The translations under genes were made by a program, and so were the position numbers. Positions 26,096 to 36,424 of a stretch of 64,000 nt of DNA are shown one piece after another (position 1 is the first letter of the stretch; each line of letters opens with the position of its first letter). Under the pieces are notes generated by a model that was not told the origin of the DNA, searched no databases, and saw only the letters and a list, made by a program, of their open reading frames with translations. Source of the DNA: Methylococcales bacterium (GTDB lineage Bacteria > Pseudomonadota > Gammaproteobacteria > Methylococcales > Methylomonadaceae). Location: positions 1 to 64,000 of the forward strand of contig JAPLRZ010000063.1 of NCBI GenBank assembly GCA_026398895.1. Reading direction: 5' to 3'.

Positions 26096-28952
26096 AGTGT
26101 CGTTTTTCACCCGTGCCTGCTACGTTTGAAACGCAACGGCTACATAGTTCTGGATGTTTTTCATCTTCACCCACGTCAGCGCGTTGATGCCAACAACGCA
26201 CACATTTTTTATGTTCAGACACATAGACTTTCAATCTCACGCCCTGCATATCGGTTTGTACCGCATCTTCAGGGCAGTCATATTCATAGTCATTGACCGC
26301 CGTGGCTCTGGAAGTCATCAAAATAAAATGTAGTTCTTTTTCCAAACTTTTTAACACGTCAAAAAAGTGCAGTTCTTTGGAAACATCACTTAACACATGG
26401 AATACTAGATAATCATAATACAATACCACTTCCGCATTGAGTGATGAGCCAATCAGCCCTTTAGCGCGACTTTTTTCTAACTCTTTACCGATGGTGGCGC
26501 GAATGTCCATGAGTCGTTGCCAAAAAGACCGATTCATCGGGGATTTTTCGTCCAGTGGTACTAAACCGTCATACCATGTTTCTAAAAACACTGATTCACT
26601 ACGTTCACCAGGAAGATATTGCCAGATTTCATCAGCGGTATAGCTGAGTATAGGGGCTAACCAGCGTGTTAAGGCTTCCAATACATGATACATAGCAGTC
26701 TGTGCAGAGCGGCGGGCAATACTATCGGTTTTGCAGGTGTATTGCCGATCTTTAATGATGTCCAGATAAAAACCACCTAAGTCTATCGCGCAAAAATGAT
26801 GCACCTCTTGGTAAATTTGTTGAAAGGCGTAATTTTCGTAAGCGGTTTTAACGCCTTCTTGTAACAAAAATGCCCTATCAATTATCCAGCGGTCGAGAGC
26901 TAATAAATCGTCATTAGCCACTAAGTGTTGTACAGGATCAAAATCCGCTAGATTGGACAACAAAAATCGCGCGGTATTTCTTAAACGTCGATAACCATCA
27001 GAGGTGCGCTCTAAAATTTCATCGGATACTCGCATTTCAGCACGGTAATCAGTAGACGCTATCCATAAGCGCAACACATCGGCACCTAGATTTTTCATTA
27101 CCGATTGCGGTGGAATCACATTACCCTTGGATTTGGACATTTTTTCGCCGTTTTTATCGACGGTAAAGCCATGTGTTAGCACTGATTTGTAAGGTGCGAT
27201 TTCATTCATGGCAATCGATGCTAATAACGACGATTGAAACCAACCTCGATGTTGATCTGAGCCTTCTAAATATAAATCGGCAGGAAATCGTAGTTGTTCA
27301 CGTCTGTTTAAAACTGCCTCATGGGTAACACCCGAATCAAACCACACATCCAAGGTGTCAGTAGCTTTGTCGTAATCTTTTGCTTCATCACCGAGTAACT
27401 CTGCTACCTCTAACTCAAACCATGCGTCTATGCCTTGTTGTTCAATGCGTAGGGCGATTTGTTCAATCAGCTCAACGGTGCGCGGGTGTAGCTCGGAGGT
27501 TTCTTTATGAACAAAAAAAGTGATGGGTACGCCCCAAGTACGTTGTCGTGAAATACACCAATCTGGGCGACCATCTATCATGCCTTCAATACGCGCTTTT
27601 CCCCAATCGGGAATCCACTCTACATGTTGCACTTCATTCAAAGCACGTTCACGCAATTGCTTTTGATTCATGGAAATAAACCATTGCGGGGTGGCACGGA
27701 AAATAATCGGTGTGTGATGTCGCCAGCAATGCGGATAGCTGTGCAGAATGGCGTGGTGATGAACTAATTTACCGTTAGCCTCCAGCACTTCTAATACATG
27801 GGCATTGGCATTAAAAACGTGTTCACCTGCGAATAGTTCGGTGCTGGGTAAAAATACCCCATCGCCACCGACAGGATTATCAATCAGTAAACCGTATTGT
27901 CGTCCAACTACATAATCTTCTTGACCATGACCAGGCGCAGTATGCACCGCGCCTGTGCCTGCATCGGTAGTGACGTGATCGCCTAAAATGACGGGGACTT
28001 GTCTATCATAAAAAGGATGCAGTAACCGCTGATACTCTAAGTCTGAGCCTTTGCAATAGGCAATCACACGATAATCGTCAATCCCATAACGCGACATGGT
28101 GTCTTTAAGTAAGGCTTCCGCTATCACTAAACGTTCGCTAGGGCATTGCACCACCGCGTATTCTAAATCTGGGTTTAACGCCACCGCCTGATTTGCGGGT
28201 AACGTCCACGGTGTGGTTGTCCATATCACCACCGATAAATCACCGTGTCCTTCATGATCGGGTACATGATGACAGTTCGCTAAAAACGCATCTTCATTTG
28301 CCACAGTAAAGCGCACATCAATGGCGGGTGAGTGTTTATCTTCGTATTCTACTTCCGCTTCCGCCAACGCAGAACCGCAATCAGTACACCAATGCACAGG
28401 TTTTGATCCTTTGGTAATATGCCCGTTAGCAGCGATTTTACCCAAAGAACGCACAATGTCGGCCTCAAAAGCAAAATCCATTGTTAAATACGGATGATCC
28501 CAATCGCCTAAAATACCCAAACGCACAAAAGCTTCTTTTTGAATGTCAACTTGCTTAGCGGCATATTCTCGACAGGCTTTACGAAACACGCTAGGCGATA
28601 CTTTAATCCCTGCTTTACCGATTTTTTTCTCAACTTGCAATTCAATCGGCAACCCGTGGCAGTCCCAACCTGGAATATAAGGCGCGTCAAAGCCGCTTAA
28701 AGTTTTGGATTTAACAATAATATCCTTGAGAACTTTATTAACCGCATGACCGATATGAATTTCACCATTGGCATAGGGAGGACCATCGTGCAGAATAAAC
28801 GGCGGTCGTCCTGCACAAGTTTGACGAATTTTTTGATACAACGTTGTTTCATTCCATTTCTTCAAACGCTCAGGTTCACGTTGTGCCAAATTGCCCTTCA
28901 TGGGAAACGCCGTATTAGGCAAATTGAGGGTTTTTTTATAATCGGTAGTCAT
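26088..28952 (-). CDS. ileS: Isoleucine--tRNA ligase
   Basis: HIGH motif ([15 protein letters not shown]), KMSKS motif ([10 protein letters not shown]), and a C-terminal zinc-finger Cys pair (CVRCWH...CSRC). The 954-aa length fits. Confidence 0.9.
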   Translation of the reverse strand: MTTDYKKTLNLPNTAFPMKGNLAQREPERLKKWNETTLYQKIRQTCAGRPPFILHDGPPYANGEIHIGHAVNKVLKDIIVKSKTLSGFDAPYIPGWDCHGLPIELQVEKKIGKAGIKVSPSVFRKACREYAAKQVDIQKEAFVRLGILGDWDHPYLTMDFAFEADIVRSLGKIAANGHITKGSKPVHWCTDCGSALAEAEVEYEDKHSPAIDVRFTVANEDAFLANCHHVPDHEGHGDLSVVIWTTTPWTLPANQAVALNPDLEYAVVQCPSERLVIAEALLKDTMSRYGIDDYRVIAYCKGSDLEYQRLLHPFYDRQVPVILGDHVTTDAGTGAVHTAPGHGQEDYVVGRQYGLLIDNPVGGDGVFLPSTELFAGEHVFNANAHVLEVLEANGKLVHHHAILHSYPHCWRHHTPIIFRATPQWFISMNQKQLRERALNEVQHVEWIPDWGKARIEGMIDGRPDWCISRQRTWGVPITFFVHKETSELHPRTVELIEQIALRIEQQGIDAWFELEVAELLGDEAKDYDKATDTLDVWFDSGVTHEAVLNRREQLRFPADLYLEGSDQHRGWFQSSLLASIAMNEIAPYKSVLTHGFTVDKNGEKMSKSKGNVIPPQSVMKNLGADVLRLWIASTDYRAEMRVSDEILERTSDGYRRLRNTARFLLSNLADFDPVQHLVANDDLLALDRWIIDRAFLLQEGVKTAYENYAFQQIYQEVHHFCAIDLGGFYLDIIKDRQYTCKTDSIARRSAQTAMYHVLEALTRWLAPILSYTADEIWQYLPGERSESVFLETWYDGLVPLDEKSPMNRSFWQRLMDIRATIGKELEKSRAKGLIGSSLNAEVVLYYDYLVFHVLSDVSKELHFFDVLKSLEKELHFILMTSRATAVNDYEYDCPEDAVQTDMQGVRLKVYVSEHKKCVRCWHQRADVGEDEKHPELCSRCVSNVAGTGEKRHYA

Positions 28953-29099
28953 AAACTCTTTATCTCTGGATTCAATTCTTAAAGGTTACGCGCCATAACG
29001 TAAGAATATTTAGTTTGTATTGTATCAGCTACAAGACGACTATCAACGTTAAGCCTTTATCTTTGATTACAAAGTCCACGAAAAACACCAAAAATATGA

Positions 29100-29517
29100 A
29101 AAAATTAGCGATGGCTAAAATTTTTTCAAGGGCATACAAACTTAGGTTTGTAGGCGATAGCGTCACTGCCCACAGTTAAGGATTATTCTGTTTGCTCTGA
29201 ACCGACTGGAAAATTATGTATAGAATTTATGGGTAACGGTGGAGTGCAAGCTTTGCTTGCACTCCTCTTTAGTTGTGGGCAGTTTGGATTAGGTTATTTA
29301 CAAGAATTGAATATTTGGATAGTGGATTAAATCTGTTGTTTTTACTTTTGAATGACTGCCAGTCATTTATATCGCAATAACATATTTAACCCACTAAGTT
29401 CTTAGTAACAAGTAAGGATGTATTGCTTAGCGTTGGAGGTCAGGCTTTGCCTGACTTGCAAGCAAAGCTTGCACTCCTAAATACACGCAAACTTATTGTC
29501 ACGCACTTACCTAAATT
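29100..29517. repeat. Repeat-rich intergenic region upstream of ileS, including a near-copy of the 24-bp palindrome and a 113-bp repeat
   Basis: 29135-29152 is tacaaacttaggtttgta. Several hairpins are present (ggagtgcaagctttgcttgcactcc; inverted ctgcccaca/tgtgggcag). 29320-29370 is a ttaaatctgttgtttttacttttgaatgactgccagtcat element also seen at 34884-34960. 29395-29510 is 113 bp, 112/113 identical to 54228-54345. Confidence 0.6.
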
Positions 29518-30189
29518 TTAAATATAGCGAATAGCTAATTTTTTAGCTACCGTAAAGTGCGAATCAAGTACCGTCACTATTTCTTCATAGTCGATAATTT
29601 TTTTATCGTTGCTTAGCATATAGTTAGCTAACCCGCTAATTGCATACCAATGCGTCCATTGATCGATGAACTTAAATGCGGCTAAAAAAAGTTCGCTAAT
29701 TTTCTGTTCCCGTTCACTGTTATCAGAGATAAAACATTGAAGATAGTCATCGACAACTTCCAAATCAGCTGAGCCGCCATAATTGTGTAGCACGTTTAGG
29801 GGGACTAAAAGAGGATTAATCAGTTCATTATCACGCTGTGCAACATAGTGTGCTTCAGCTAATGAGCCGATTAATAAATTAATAATGTCTGCTTCAAACG
29901 CTTGTTGATAAGCGTGTTTTTGTGCATTTGAAAAATTGTATATCGCATCCTCAAACGAAGAAGGCAAGGTATGAATCAAACGACCACCTTCTACTTTGGT
30001 TACGCAGTCATCATTAGGGCAGTTAGCACAATCACTGATAATAATCTGGAAAAAAACGGGTGGAAGCTGTTTTTGCTTATTACCAAAGTAAATTGCCGCC
30101 GCGTGTCCCGCTTCATGAATAGCCGTTTTTTTTCTGAGTTCAAGGTAATCAACGGAGTTAGCGTCGCTGGGTGTCTGTCTACGTTTCAT
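29518..30189 (-). CDS. Standalone FtsH-like (peptidase M41-type) zinc-metallopeptidase-domain protein, HEXXH
   Basis: TAIHEAGHAAAIYF matches the FtsH protease-domain zinc site (aYHEAGHA). No AAA+ ATPase domain or TM helix is present. The start was chosen at ATG 30187-30189 (MKRRQ), which has a gaggt RBS. The ORF tool's 30300 start adds 37 residues with no RBS. Confidence 0.5.
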   Translation of the reverse strand: MKRRQTPSDANSVDYLELRKKTAIHEAGHAAAIYFGNKQKQLPPVFFQIIISDCANCPNDDCVTKVEGGRLIHTLPSSFEDAIYNFSNAQKHAYQQAFEADIINLLIGSLAEAHYVAQRDNELINPLLVPLNVLHNYGGSADLEVVDDYLQCFISDNSEREQKISELFLAAFKFIDQWTHWYAISGLANYMLSNDKKIIDYEEIVTVLDSHFTVAKKLAIRYI

Positions 30190-30827
30190 AAAATAACCTC
30201 GAAGTTTAAAAAAACGAACTAGCATCACTGCCTGAATTATTAAGACTACAGCGTTTAACGGGGCTTGAGAATGCGGCATATTGTCGCGTGACAAATGCAA
30301 CGTAATCTTGGCAAACTAACTACATCCCCGTTATCGCTTTAACTAGACTTTAATTTTTGGCACACAAGCACACCCTGAAATGGTGCTTAAATTCAAACAA
30401 TAGCACCAATACCTTATGGGATAATTAAAAATTAAAAATAATTTAAATTATTTTGATTAGTTGATTAATATTGATGCAATATCAACGCGTTAATTTTTTA
30501 AGCATCTTTTGCGCAATATCAAACTTAAACTAACCAACAAAACTATTTGTTTTTATCTGGTTTCATTTATAATGCCCGCTTAAAATCACATCAACCCATT
30601 GATTTTTGTTTAATTTCAATAACTTACTTTTCCATTAACAAAAAACTTTAGCATGGATGTCGTTCACCTTAACCGAATGATGTGACAAGTGTATGATTCA
30701 AAAGGTAGTCGCGGCTTAAGCGATAATTGATTTACTAATTATTTACTGTGGGAGTGAGGGGATTTGTGATTTAAATCGTCCATAGTCAAAGAAAATATTT
30801 ATACGGACTGCGTGGTAATCGTACCTC

Positions 30828-31637
30828 ATGTTAAAACATACGATAAACGATGCAGATAATGAACATGAAAAGGTAGTGATTTTTACAATGTATTTGTTGA
30901 ATAATATGGCATCTCCAATAATTGCAAAAGAACGGTTATGGCTTAATGGCTTAATGGGCGAAGAGCAACCCGAATCTATGGCAGGCTTATTGCTTACCTT
31001 GGTGTTGTTATTACATATCGGGGTGTTTTACATCATTAAATCAGCCGCGCCAGAGCCGATAACAATACCGATAAAAATCATGGAAGTGTCTATGGTCGCC
31101 GAACCACTTCCCGTAGCGGATGTCGCGCCACCTGCGCCCACACCCCCTCCACCGCCGCCAAAACCTGTTCCACCTAAACCCAAACCCGTGGTTAAGCCCA
31201 AGCCTGTGCTTAAGCCTAAACCTGTGATTGCCAAGACAGAGCCGATTTATATTCCTGTTGATGCAGACCCAAAGCCTGTTGTGAATCCCGCACCGCCTGC
31301 GCCACCACAGCCTAAAGCCGCGCCAGCACCAAGCCCGCAACCCGCGAAGCAAACATTTACCGAGGCACGAGCGGATGCAGGCTATGGTTATAACCCTAAA
31401 CCCAAATATCCCAATGTGGCGCGGAGTCGGGGTTGGGAAGGCAAAGTAGTTCTGCAAGTACACGTTTCTGCCGATGGTGAAAGTGAGAGCGTCACGGTAT
31501 CGCAAAGTAGCGGACATGACATATTGGATGAAGCAGCGGTTTCTGCCGTAGAAGGTTGGCGATTTAAACCTGCTAAACGCGGCGATACGGCGGTTGCCAG
31601 TACAGTGAGTGTACCGATTAACTTTAAATTAGATTAA
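30828..31637 (+). CDS. tonB: Energy transducer TonB
   Basis: An N-terminal TM anchor (LLLTLVLLLHIGVFYII), a Pro-rich spacer (PPPPPPKPVPPKPKPVVKPKPVLKPKP) and the C-terminal TonB domain (ARSRGWEGKVVLQVHVSADGE...GWRFKPA). The start is uncertain (alternatives at 30888 and 30906). Confidence 0.75.
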   Translation: MLKHTINDADNEHEKVVIFTMYLLNNMASPIIAKERLWLNGLMGEEQPESMAGLLLTLVLLLHIGVFYIIKSAAPEPITIPIKIMEVSMVAEPLPVADVAPPAPTPPPPPPKPVPPKPKPVVKPKPVLKPKPVIAKTEPIYIPVDADPKPVVNPAPPAPPQPKAAPAPSPQPAKQTFTEARADAGYGYNPKPKYPNVARSRGWEGKVVLQVHVSADGESESVTVSQSSGHDILDEAAVSAVEGWRFKPAKRGDTAVASTVSVPINFKLD

Positions 31638-31673
31638 CTATATTTTAAACAGACCAACCAAGGAGAAAAACAA

Positions 31674-32327
31674 ATGCTTGACCATGCTGCACACGCTGAG
31701 GCAATTATCGACGGTACAAAATACACGCTGTATGCTTTTTCAGTTTTAACGTGGACGCTGATTTTATTTAAAATCTGGCAACTCGGTAAAAATGGTTTGT
31801 ATAACCGCAAATTTGACGAAGCGTTTTGGAATGCCCCTGATTTAACAACCGCAGAAGCCTTGCCTGACTCTGTTTTTAGAGGTCCAGAATCTCGCATTGC
31901 TCGCACAGGTTTTAAGTGGTTGCAAGAAAGCACGTCACAAATGGGTAAAACCCTTAAATTTCACGGTGAACCCACAGAATTGTTAGAACACGCGCTGCTG
32001 GTACAAATGCAAAAAGAACAGCGTTCTATGGAAGGTGGTTTAACCATACTCGCCAGTATCGGCAGTACCGCGCCTTTTGTGGGTTTATTTGGTACGGTAC
32101 TCGGTATCATGCACGCTATGCACCAAATTACTGCCAGTGGTTCAACCAGTTTAGAAGTAGTTGCAGGACCTATCGGTGACGCATTGGTTGCTACTGCTAT
32201 CGGTATTGCGGTCGCAGTGCCTGCGGTGTTGGCATACAATATGTTTTTGCGCAACGTTAAACAACAACGTACAGGGCTAGAAAATTTTGTGACTAGTTTT
32301 ATGCACAACGCTTTTAGCAAGGATTAA
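31674..32327 (+). CDS. exbB: MotA/TolQ/ExbB proton-channel protein
   Basis: Three TM helices with conserved LASIGSTAPFVGLFGTVLGIM and GPIGDALVATAIGI blocks. Has an aaggag RBS and lies directly downstream of tonB. Confidence 0.8.
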   Translation: MLDHAAHAEAIIDGTKYTLYAFSVLTWTLILFKIWQLGKNGLYNRKFDEAFWNAPDLTTAEALPDSVFRGPESRIARTGFKWLQESTSQMGKTLKFHGEPTELLEHALLVQMQKEQRSMEGGLTILASIGSTAPFVGLFGTVLGIMHAMHQITASGSTSLEVVAGPIGDALVATAIGIAVAVPAVLAYNMFLRNVKQQRTGLENFVTSFMHNAFSKD

Positions 32328-32329
32328 TC

Positions 32330-32740
32330 ATGGCATTTAAAACACAAGGCGAAGAATCTGAAGCCATGAGTGAAATCAATGTCACACCGCTAGTGGATGT
32401 GATGTTGGTGTTGGTGATTATTCTATTAGTGACCGCACCGTTAGTCACGCAATCGGTACACATGAAACTACCCGAAACGGTAGAAACCACCCAAGATATT
32501 GATAAGCAACCGTTTCAATTGGCTATTGATGCTCAAAGTCAGATTACTCTGAATAAAGAGCCTTATGCCAATCTCGCCGATTTAGAAGCTAAGTTAAAAA
32601 CCGAATTGGCAAACAACCCTAGCATGGAAGTCCATTTACACGCCGATCAAACGGTTGTTTATGGCAAAGTTGCGGAATTAATGGCAACTGTGCAGCACGT
32701 TGGGATTGTAAAAATGGCATTTGTAACCACCGAACAGTAA
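32330..32740 (+). CDS. exbD: Biopolymer transport protein ExbD/TolR
   Basis: EINVTPLVDVMLVLVIILLVTAP is the ExbD N-terminal TM signature. The 136-aa gene lies 2 nt after the exbB stop. Confidence 0.8.
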   Translation: MAFKTQGEESEAMSEINVTPLVDVMLVLVIILLVTAPLVTQSVHMKLPETVETTQDIDKQPFQLAIDAQSQITLNKEPYANLADLEAKLKTELANNPSMEVHLHADQTVVYGKVAELMATVQHVGIVKMAFVTTEQ

Positions 32741-32846
32741 TTACCTGCCCACTACTTGAAATAACCGTTATTGCAATACTCATTGATATACAATACAGCA
32801 AGAAACTATACCGCCGTCCTAACCTTGTGTTTTTGAGACTTGCACT

Positions 32847-34361
32847 ATGAACCTTGAAACGTTGTCTATTTTTACCTTACCCAGATTTTTGAAAAAATCG
32901 CTGCACAGTAACTATCTGGCTGTCTTATTAATCTTGGGTTTTCCCTCTGTGACAATGGCAGCCGAAGAACCAATGAAATTATTAGACTTAACTCAACATT
33001 GGGCAGGTTATTCGGCTTTGCTTATTTTTTCCATCGCCTATTTACTGGCGATGATAGAAGAAGTCACTGAATTAAAAAAGTCCAAGCCGATGGTGTTTGC
33101 AGCCAGTATTATCTGGATATTTATCGCGGTAGTGTATACCAATCATGGAATGAGTGAACAAGCGGGTATAGTGTTTCGTTCTTCTTTAGAAGCCTATGCT
33201 GAGTTGTTTTTATTCATCATGGTCTCAATGACTTATTTAAACGCGATGGAAGACAGAGGCGTATTTGAAAATTTGCGCGTCTGGCTATTAAGCAAAAATT
33301 TTAGTTATCGTAAATTATTTTGGATTACGGGTTTTCAAGCTTTTTTTATTTCCTCTGCGTGTAATAATTTAACGACCGCTTTGTTAATGGGGTCAGTGAT
33401 TATCGCAATGGGTAAAAATAATCCCAAATTTGTCACCCTATCCTGTATTAATGTGGTCGTTGCCTCCAATGCGGGCGGTTCATTCAGTCCTTTTGGTGAT
33501 ATTACCACCCTATTGGTTTGGCAAAAAGGTGTCGTGCCGTTTGGAGATTTCTTTTCCCTGTTACTACCCGCGATAGTCAATTTTGTATTGCCCGCTGCCA
33601 TAATGAATCTCTTTATTTCCAAAGAAAGCCCAGAAGCGGTGATGGAAGCACAAGAAATGAAGCGCGGTGGTTGGATTATTATTGGACTATTTGCCTTAAC
33701 GATTATTACCTCTGCTTGCTTTGAAAACTTCCTGCATTTACCACCAGCAGCAGGCATGATGCTAGGGCTAACCTACCTATCATTTTTTAGTTTTTATATG
33801 CAAAAAACTAAATCATCAATACACGTTTTCGCGCCAGTGAAAGTTGACTACTTCGCGCCAATGAAATACATGAACAAGCCAAAAGTACCAACGCAACAAG
33901 ATGAAGAAATAGATCAATCATTTGATGTGTTTCATAAAGTAGCCAATTTAGAGTGGGATACCTTACTATTTTTTTACGGTGTGATGGTGTGCGTCGGTGG
34001 CTTGAGTTTTATCGGCTATTTAGAGCTAACGTCTCATTATTTATATGGCGCAACTGTCGATCCAACCATTGCCAATATTGCAGTGGGTATTGCTTCAGCA
34101 TTTATTGATAACGGAACGATTATGTTAGCGGTATTAACCATGATGCCTGATATTTCAGAAGGGCAATGGCTATTAGTGACGCTAACTGCGGGTGTGGGTG
34201 GTAGCTTATTAGCAGTTGGATCAGCAGCAGGCGTGGGGTTGATGGGACAGGCAAAAGGCGTTTATACCTTTACCAGTCATTTAAAATGGACACCTGTTAT
34301 TGCCCTCGGTTATGCGGGCAGCATAGCGGTTCATTTTCTCATCAATGGTCGTTTTTTTTAA
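32847..34361 (+). CDS. nhaD: NhaD-family Na+/H+ antiporter (ArsB/NhaD permease superfamily)
   Basis: A 504-aa polytopic protein. Blocks such as VASNAGGSFSPFGDITTLLVW and FFYGVMVCVGGL, plus the duplicated hairpin-loop architecture, are typical of NhaD. Confidence 0.65.
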   Translation: MNLETLSIFTLPRFLKKSLHSNYLAVLLILGFPSVTMAAEEPMKLLDLTQHWAGYSALLIFSIAYLLAMIEEVTELKKSKPMVFAASIIWIFIAVVYTNHGMSEQAGIVFRSSLEAYAELFLFIMVSMTYLNAMEDRGVFENLRVWLLSKNFSYRKLFWITGFQAFFISSACNNLTTALLMGSVIIAMGKNNPKFVTLSCINVVVASNAGGSFSPFGDITTLLVWQKGVVPFGDFFSLLLPAIVNFVLPAAIMNLFISKESPEAVMEAQEMKRGGWIIIGLFALTIITSACFENFLHLPPAAGMMLGLTYLSFFSFYMQKTKSSIHVFAPVKVDYFAPMKYMNKPKVPTQQDEEIDQSFDVFHKVANLEWDTLLFFYGVMVCVGGLSFIGYLELTSHYLYGATVDPTIANIAVGIASAFIDNGTIMLAVLTMMPDISEGQWLLVTLTAGVGGSLLAVGSAAGVGLMGQAKGVYTFTSHLKWTPVIALGYAGSIAVHFLINGRFF

Positions 34362-34380
34362 AATCGTCATAGGAGAAATT

Positions 34381-34857
34381 ATGCGTATTCTATTACTTAT
34401 TTTTACACTTTTTTTATCAACTCAACTGGCAGTTGCTGCCGATAGCTATGAAACTTACCACAACGACAAATTTGATTATTCGATAGAGTATCCAAAAGAC
34501 ATTCTGTTTCCACAAGGCGAAGCAGACAATGGCGATGGGCAAAAATTTTTATCCAAAGATGCCGATACCAGCTTAGTGGTTTATGCGACAAATAATGCCT
34601 TAGACAAATCACTGGAAGAAGCCTACCGCGAAGAGTCGCGCGGCGGTACAGCCGAAAACCCCAAACGAGTAGTGACTTACAAAGTGATGGAAGATAATTG
34701 GTTTGTGGTATCTGGTTACAATGCAGGACGCATTTTTTACCAAAAAACCCTATTAAGTAGCGGTACCTTTAAAACCTTTATGCTGGAATACGATGAAAGC
34801 GAAAAAGCCCGTTATGATGCAATTGCCAAACACATAGAAAAATCGTTTACTGATTAA
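34381..34857 (+). CDS. Hypothetical exported protein
   Basis: A signal peptide (MRILLLIFTLFLSTQLAVAADS) with an aggagaaatt RBS, about 158 aa. No motif was recognised. The ORF tool's 34345 start overlaps nhaD and lacks an RBS. Confidence 0.4.
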   Translation: MRILLLIFTLFLSTQLAVAADSYETYHNDKFDYSIEYPKDILFPQGEADNGDGQKFLSKDADTSLVVYATNNALDKSLEEAYREESRGGTAENPKRVVTYKVMEDNWFVVSGYNAGRIFYQKTLLSSGTFKTFMLEYDESEKARYDAIAKHIEKSFTD

Positions 34858-34883
34858 TACGCAAGACACGAGGACAATCTCTT

Positions 34884-34960
34884 GTGGGTAGTCAATTAAA
34901 TCTGTTGTTTTTACTTTTACGCATGACAGCCAGTCCTTTAAAGGACTGGCTGTCATTAAT
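34884..34960. repeat. Palindromic repeat element (ttaaatctgttgtttttacttt... atgacagccagtcctttaaaggactggctgtcat), related to 29320-29370
   Basis: Shares a 25-bp leader with the element at 29324-29348. It contains a 14-bp perfect-stem hairpin. Confidence 0.5.
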
Positions 34961-35262
34961 ATCGCTACCCCCTGATAGTATAAACTCGCCGCCCCCCTAC
35001 CCTACCCCAGATTTGTTTAAAAATCAGAGCTACAGATAATATTTATGGTTCATTTGAACCTTAACATAGGTTTATTTGAACGTTAACGCTAATAGAATTT
35101 GCTTTTTGCATTAACGCACCAAATAAATACTATTGTAATATTAAAGGGTTATAAGTGTTCATTCCAAATGGCGTAATAATTGCTTTGTAATTATCTTAAT
35201 TATAATAAGCAGACTGCTTATTATGCTTTCATCTAAATTTTCAAATAGATTAATCACTTATC

Positions 35263-36414
35263 ATGCGCTATCACTTCCTTGTGCTTTTTACAGTTGTTTT
35301 TTTAGTCGCTTGCTCAGAATCGACTCCCCTTGAACCCAATAATAAACCAGCAGCTAAGGTTACTACAGCAGATTTATCCGCATCCAACACACCAGCAAAA
35401 AACAAGCAAGAAGGCATAGCCATTGCCGCTCAATCACTCGATTATATAACGATAGAAGCCATTCACTTAAAAGCCACTACGACCTCCGTACAAGCACCTG
35501 CCAGAGTCGAGTTTCGTGAAAAAGCTCTGTCAACCGTGGGTGCAGTGGTTGCTGGGCGTTTGGATAGCGTTAAAATACAAGTTGGCGACCGTATTAAAGC
35601 AGGGACGATTTTGGCAACACTGGGAAGCCCAGAAGTTGCGCAAATGCGTTCAGATGTCGCTCGCGCTCAGGCTGAATTGAATCAAGCACAAGATCGCGTG
35701 CGTAGACAAAATCTCATGCAGAAAAAAGGGGTTGGGCTGGAAATTGAGTTGCAAGAAGCGAACACCGCATTAAAACAAGCGCAAGCAGATTATACCCGTA
35801 GTGTGCAAGACACTAATTTACTAGGCACAGGCACGGGACAAACTGTTGCGTTACGCGCACCTGTTGATGGTGTGGTGTTGAAAGTCAATGCAACTACGGG
35901 TGCAGCAGTGGAAGCGGGGGCTGTGTTGTTTGAGTTGGGTGAACCCAATGCCTTACGCATGGTGGCGGATGTTTTTGAAAATGACCTACATTTTATTGAA
36001 GTAACAGACGAAGTTAGCCTAATTTTGCCCTCTGTACCGCAACCCGTAAGTGGTCACATCAGTGCGATTGGTGCGGCGATGGAAACCGATTTACGCCGTA
36101 TTCCTGTCTATATCGATATTGATGATCCTAAAGTGCTGGATAAATTAAAACCAGGAATGTTTGCTAAAGCGACCATTAAAGGTGAATTGTCAGAACAGCA
36201 AGTTTCCTTGCCGACCACTGCCGTTTTGATTAAGGATGCTAAGCAAACCATTGTTTATGTGGAAGTCTCAGAAGGCTTATTTAAAGCTCGACCCATTACA
36301 GCAGGGTCTGCGCGTGATGGTCTGGTGGCGGTGCATGAGGGTCTTAGCGAAGGAGATAGAGTGGTCACTAAAGGGGCTTTGCTGATTGATGGCGAAGCAC
36401 AGTTGTTATTGTAG
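35263..36414 (+). CDS. Heavy-metal RND efflux periplasmic adaptor (CzcB/HlyD family), system 1
   Basis: A lipoprotein-like signal (LVACSES), coiled-coil hairpin region, and the beta-barrel/MP domain blocks (LRAPVDGVVLKVN, ARPITAGSARDGLV). Confidence 0.75.
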   Translation: MRYHFLVLFTVVFLVACSESTPLEPNNKPAAKVTTADLSASNTPAKNKQEGIAIAAQSLDYITIEAIHLKATTTSVQAPARVEFREKALSTVGAVVAGRLDSVKIQVGDRIKAGTILATLGSPEVAQMRSDVARAQAELNQAQDRVRRQNLMQKKGVGLEIELQEANTALKQAQADYTRSVQDTNLLGTGTGQTVALRAPVDGVVLKVNATTGAAVEAGAVLFELGEPNALRMVADVFENDLHFIEVTDEVSLILPSVPQPVSGHISAIGAAMETDLRRIPVYIDIDDPKVLDKLKPGMFAKATIKGELSEQQVSLPTTAVLIKDAKQTIVYVEVSEGLFKARPITAGSARDGLVAVHEGLSEGDRVVTKGALLIDGEAQLLL

Positions 36415-36424
36415 GAGCAAGTAA

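Noticed and set aside
31041-31517. 158-aa and 68-aa antisense ORFs rich in Arg/Trp/Gly opposite tonB.
   Set aside because: They arise from the reverse complement of the Pro/Lys-rich (CCN/AAR) tonB spacer. This is a typical frame-shadow artefact.
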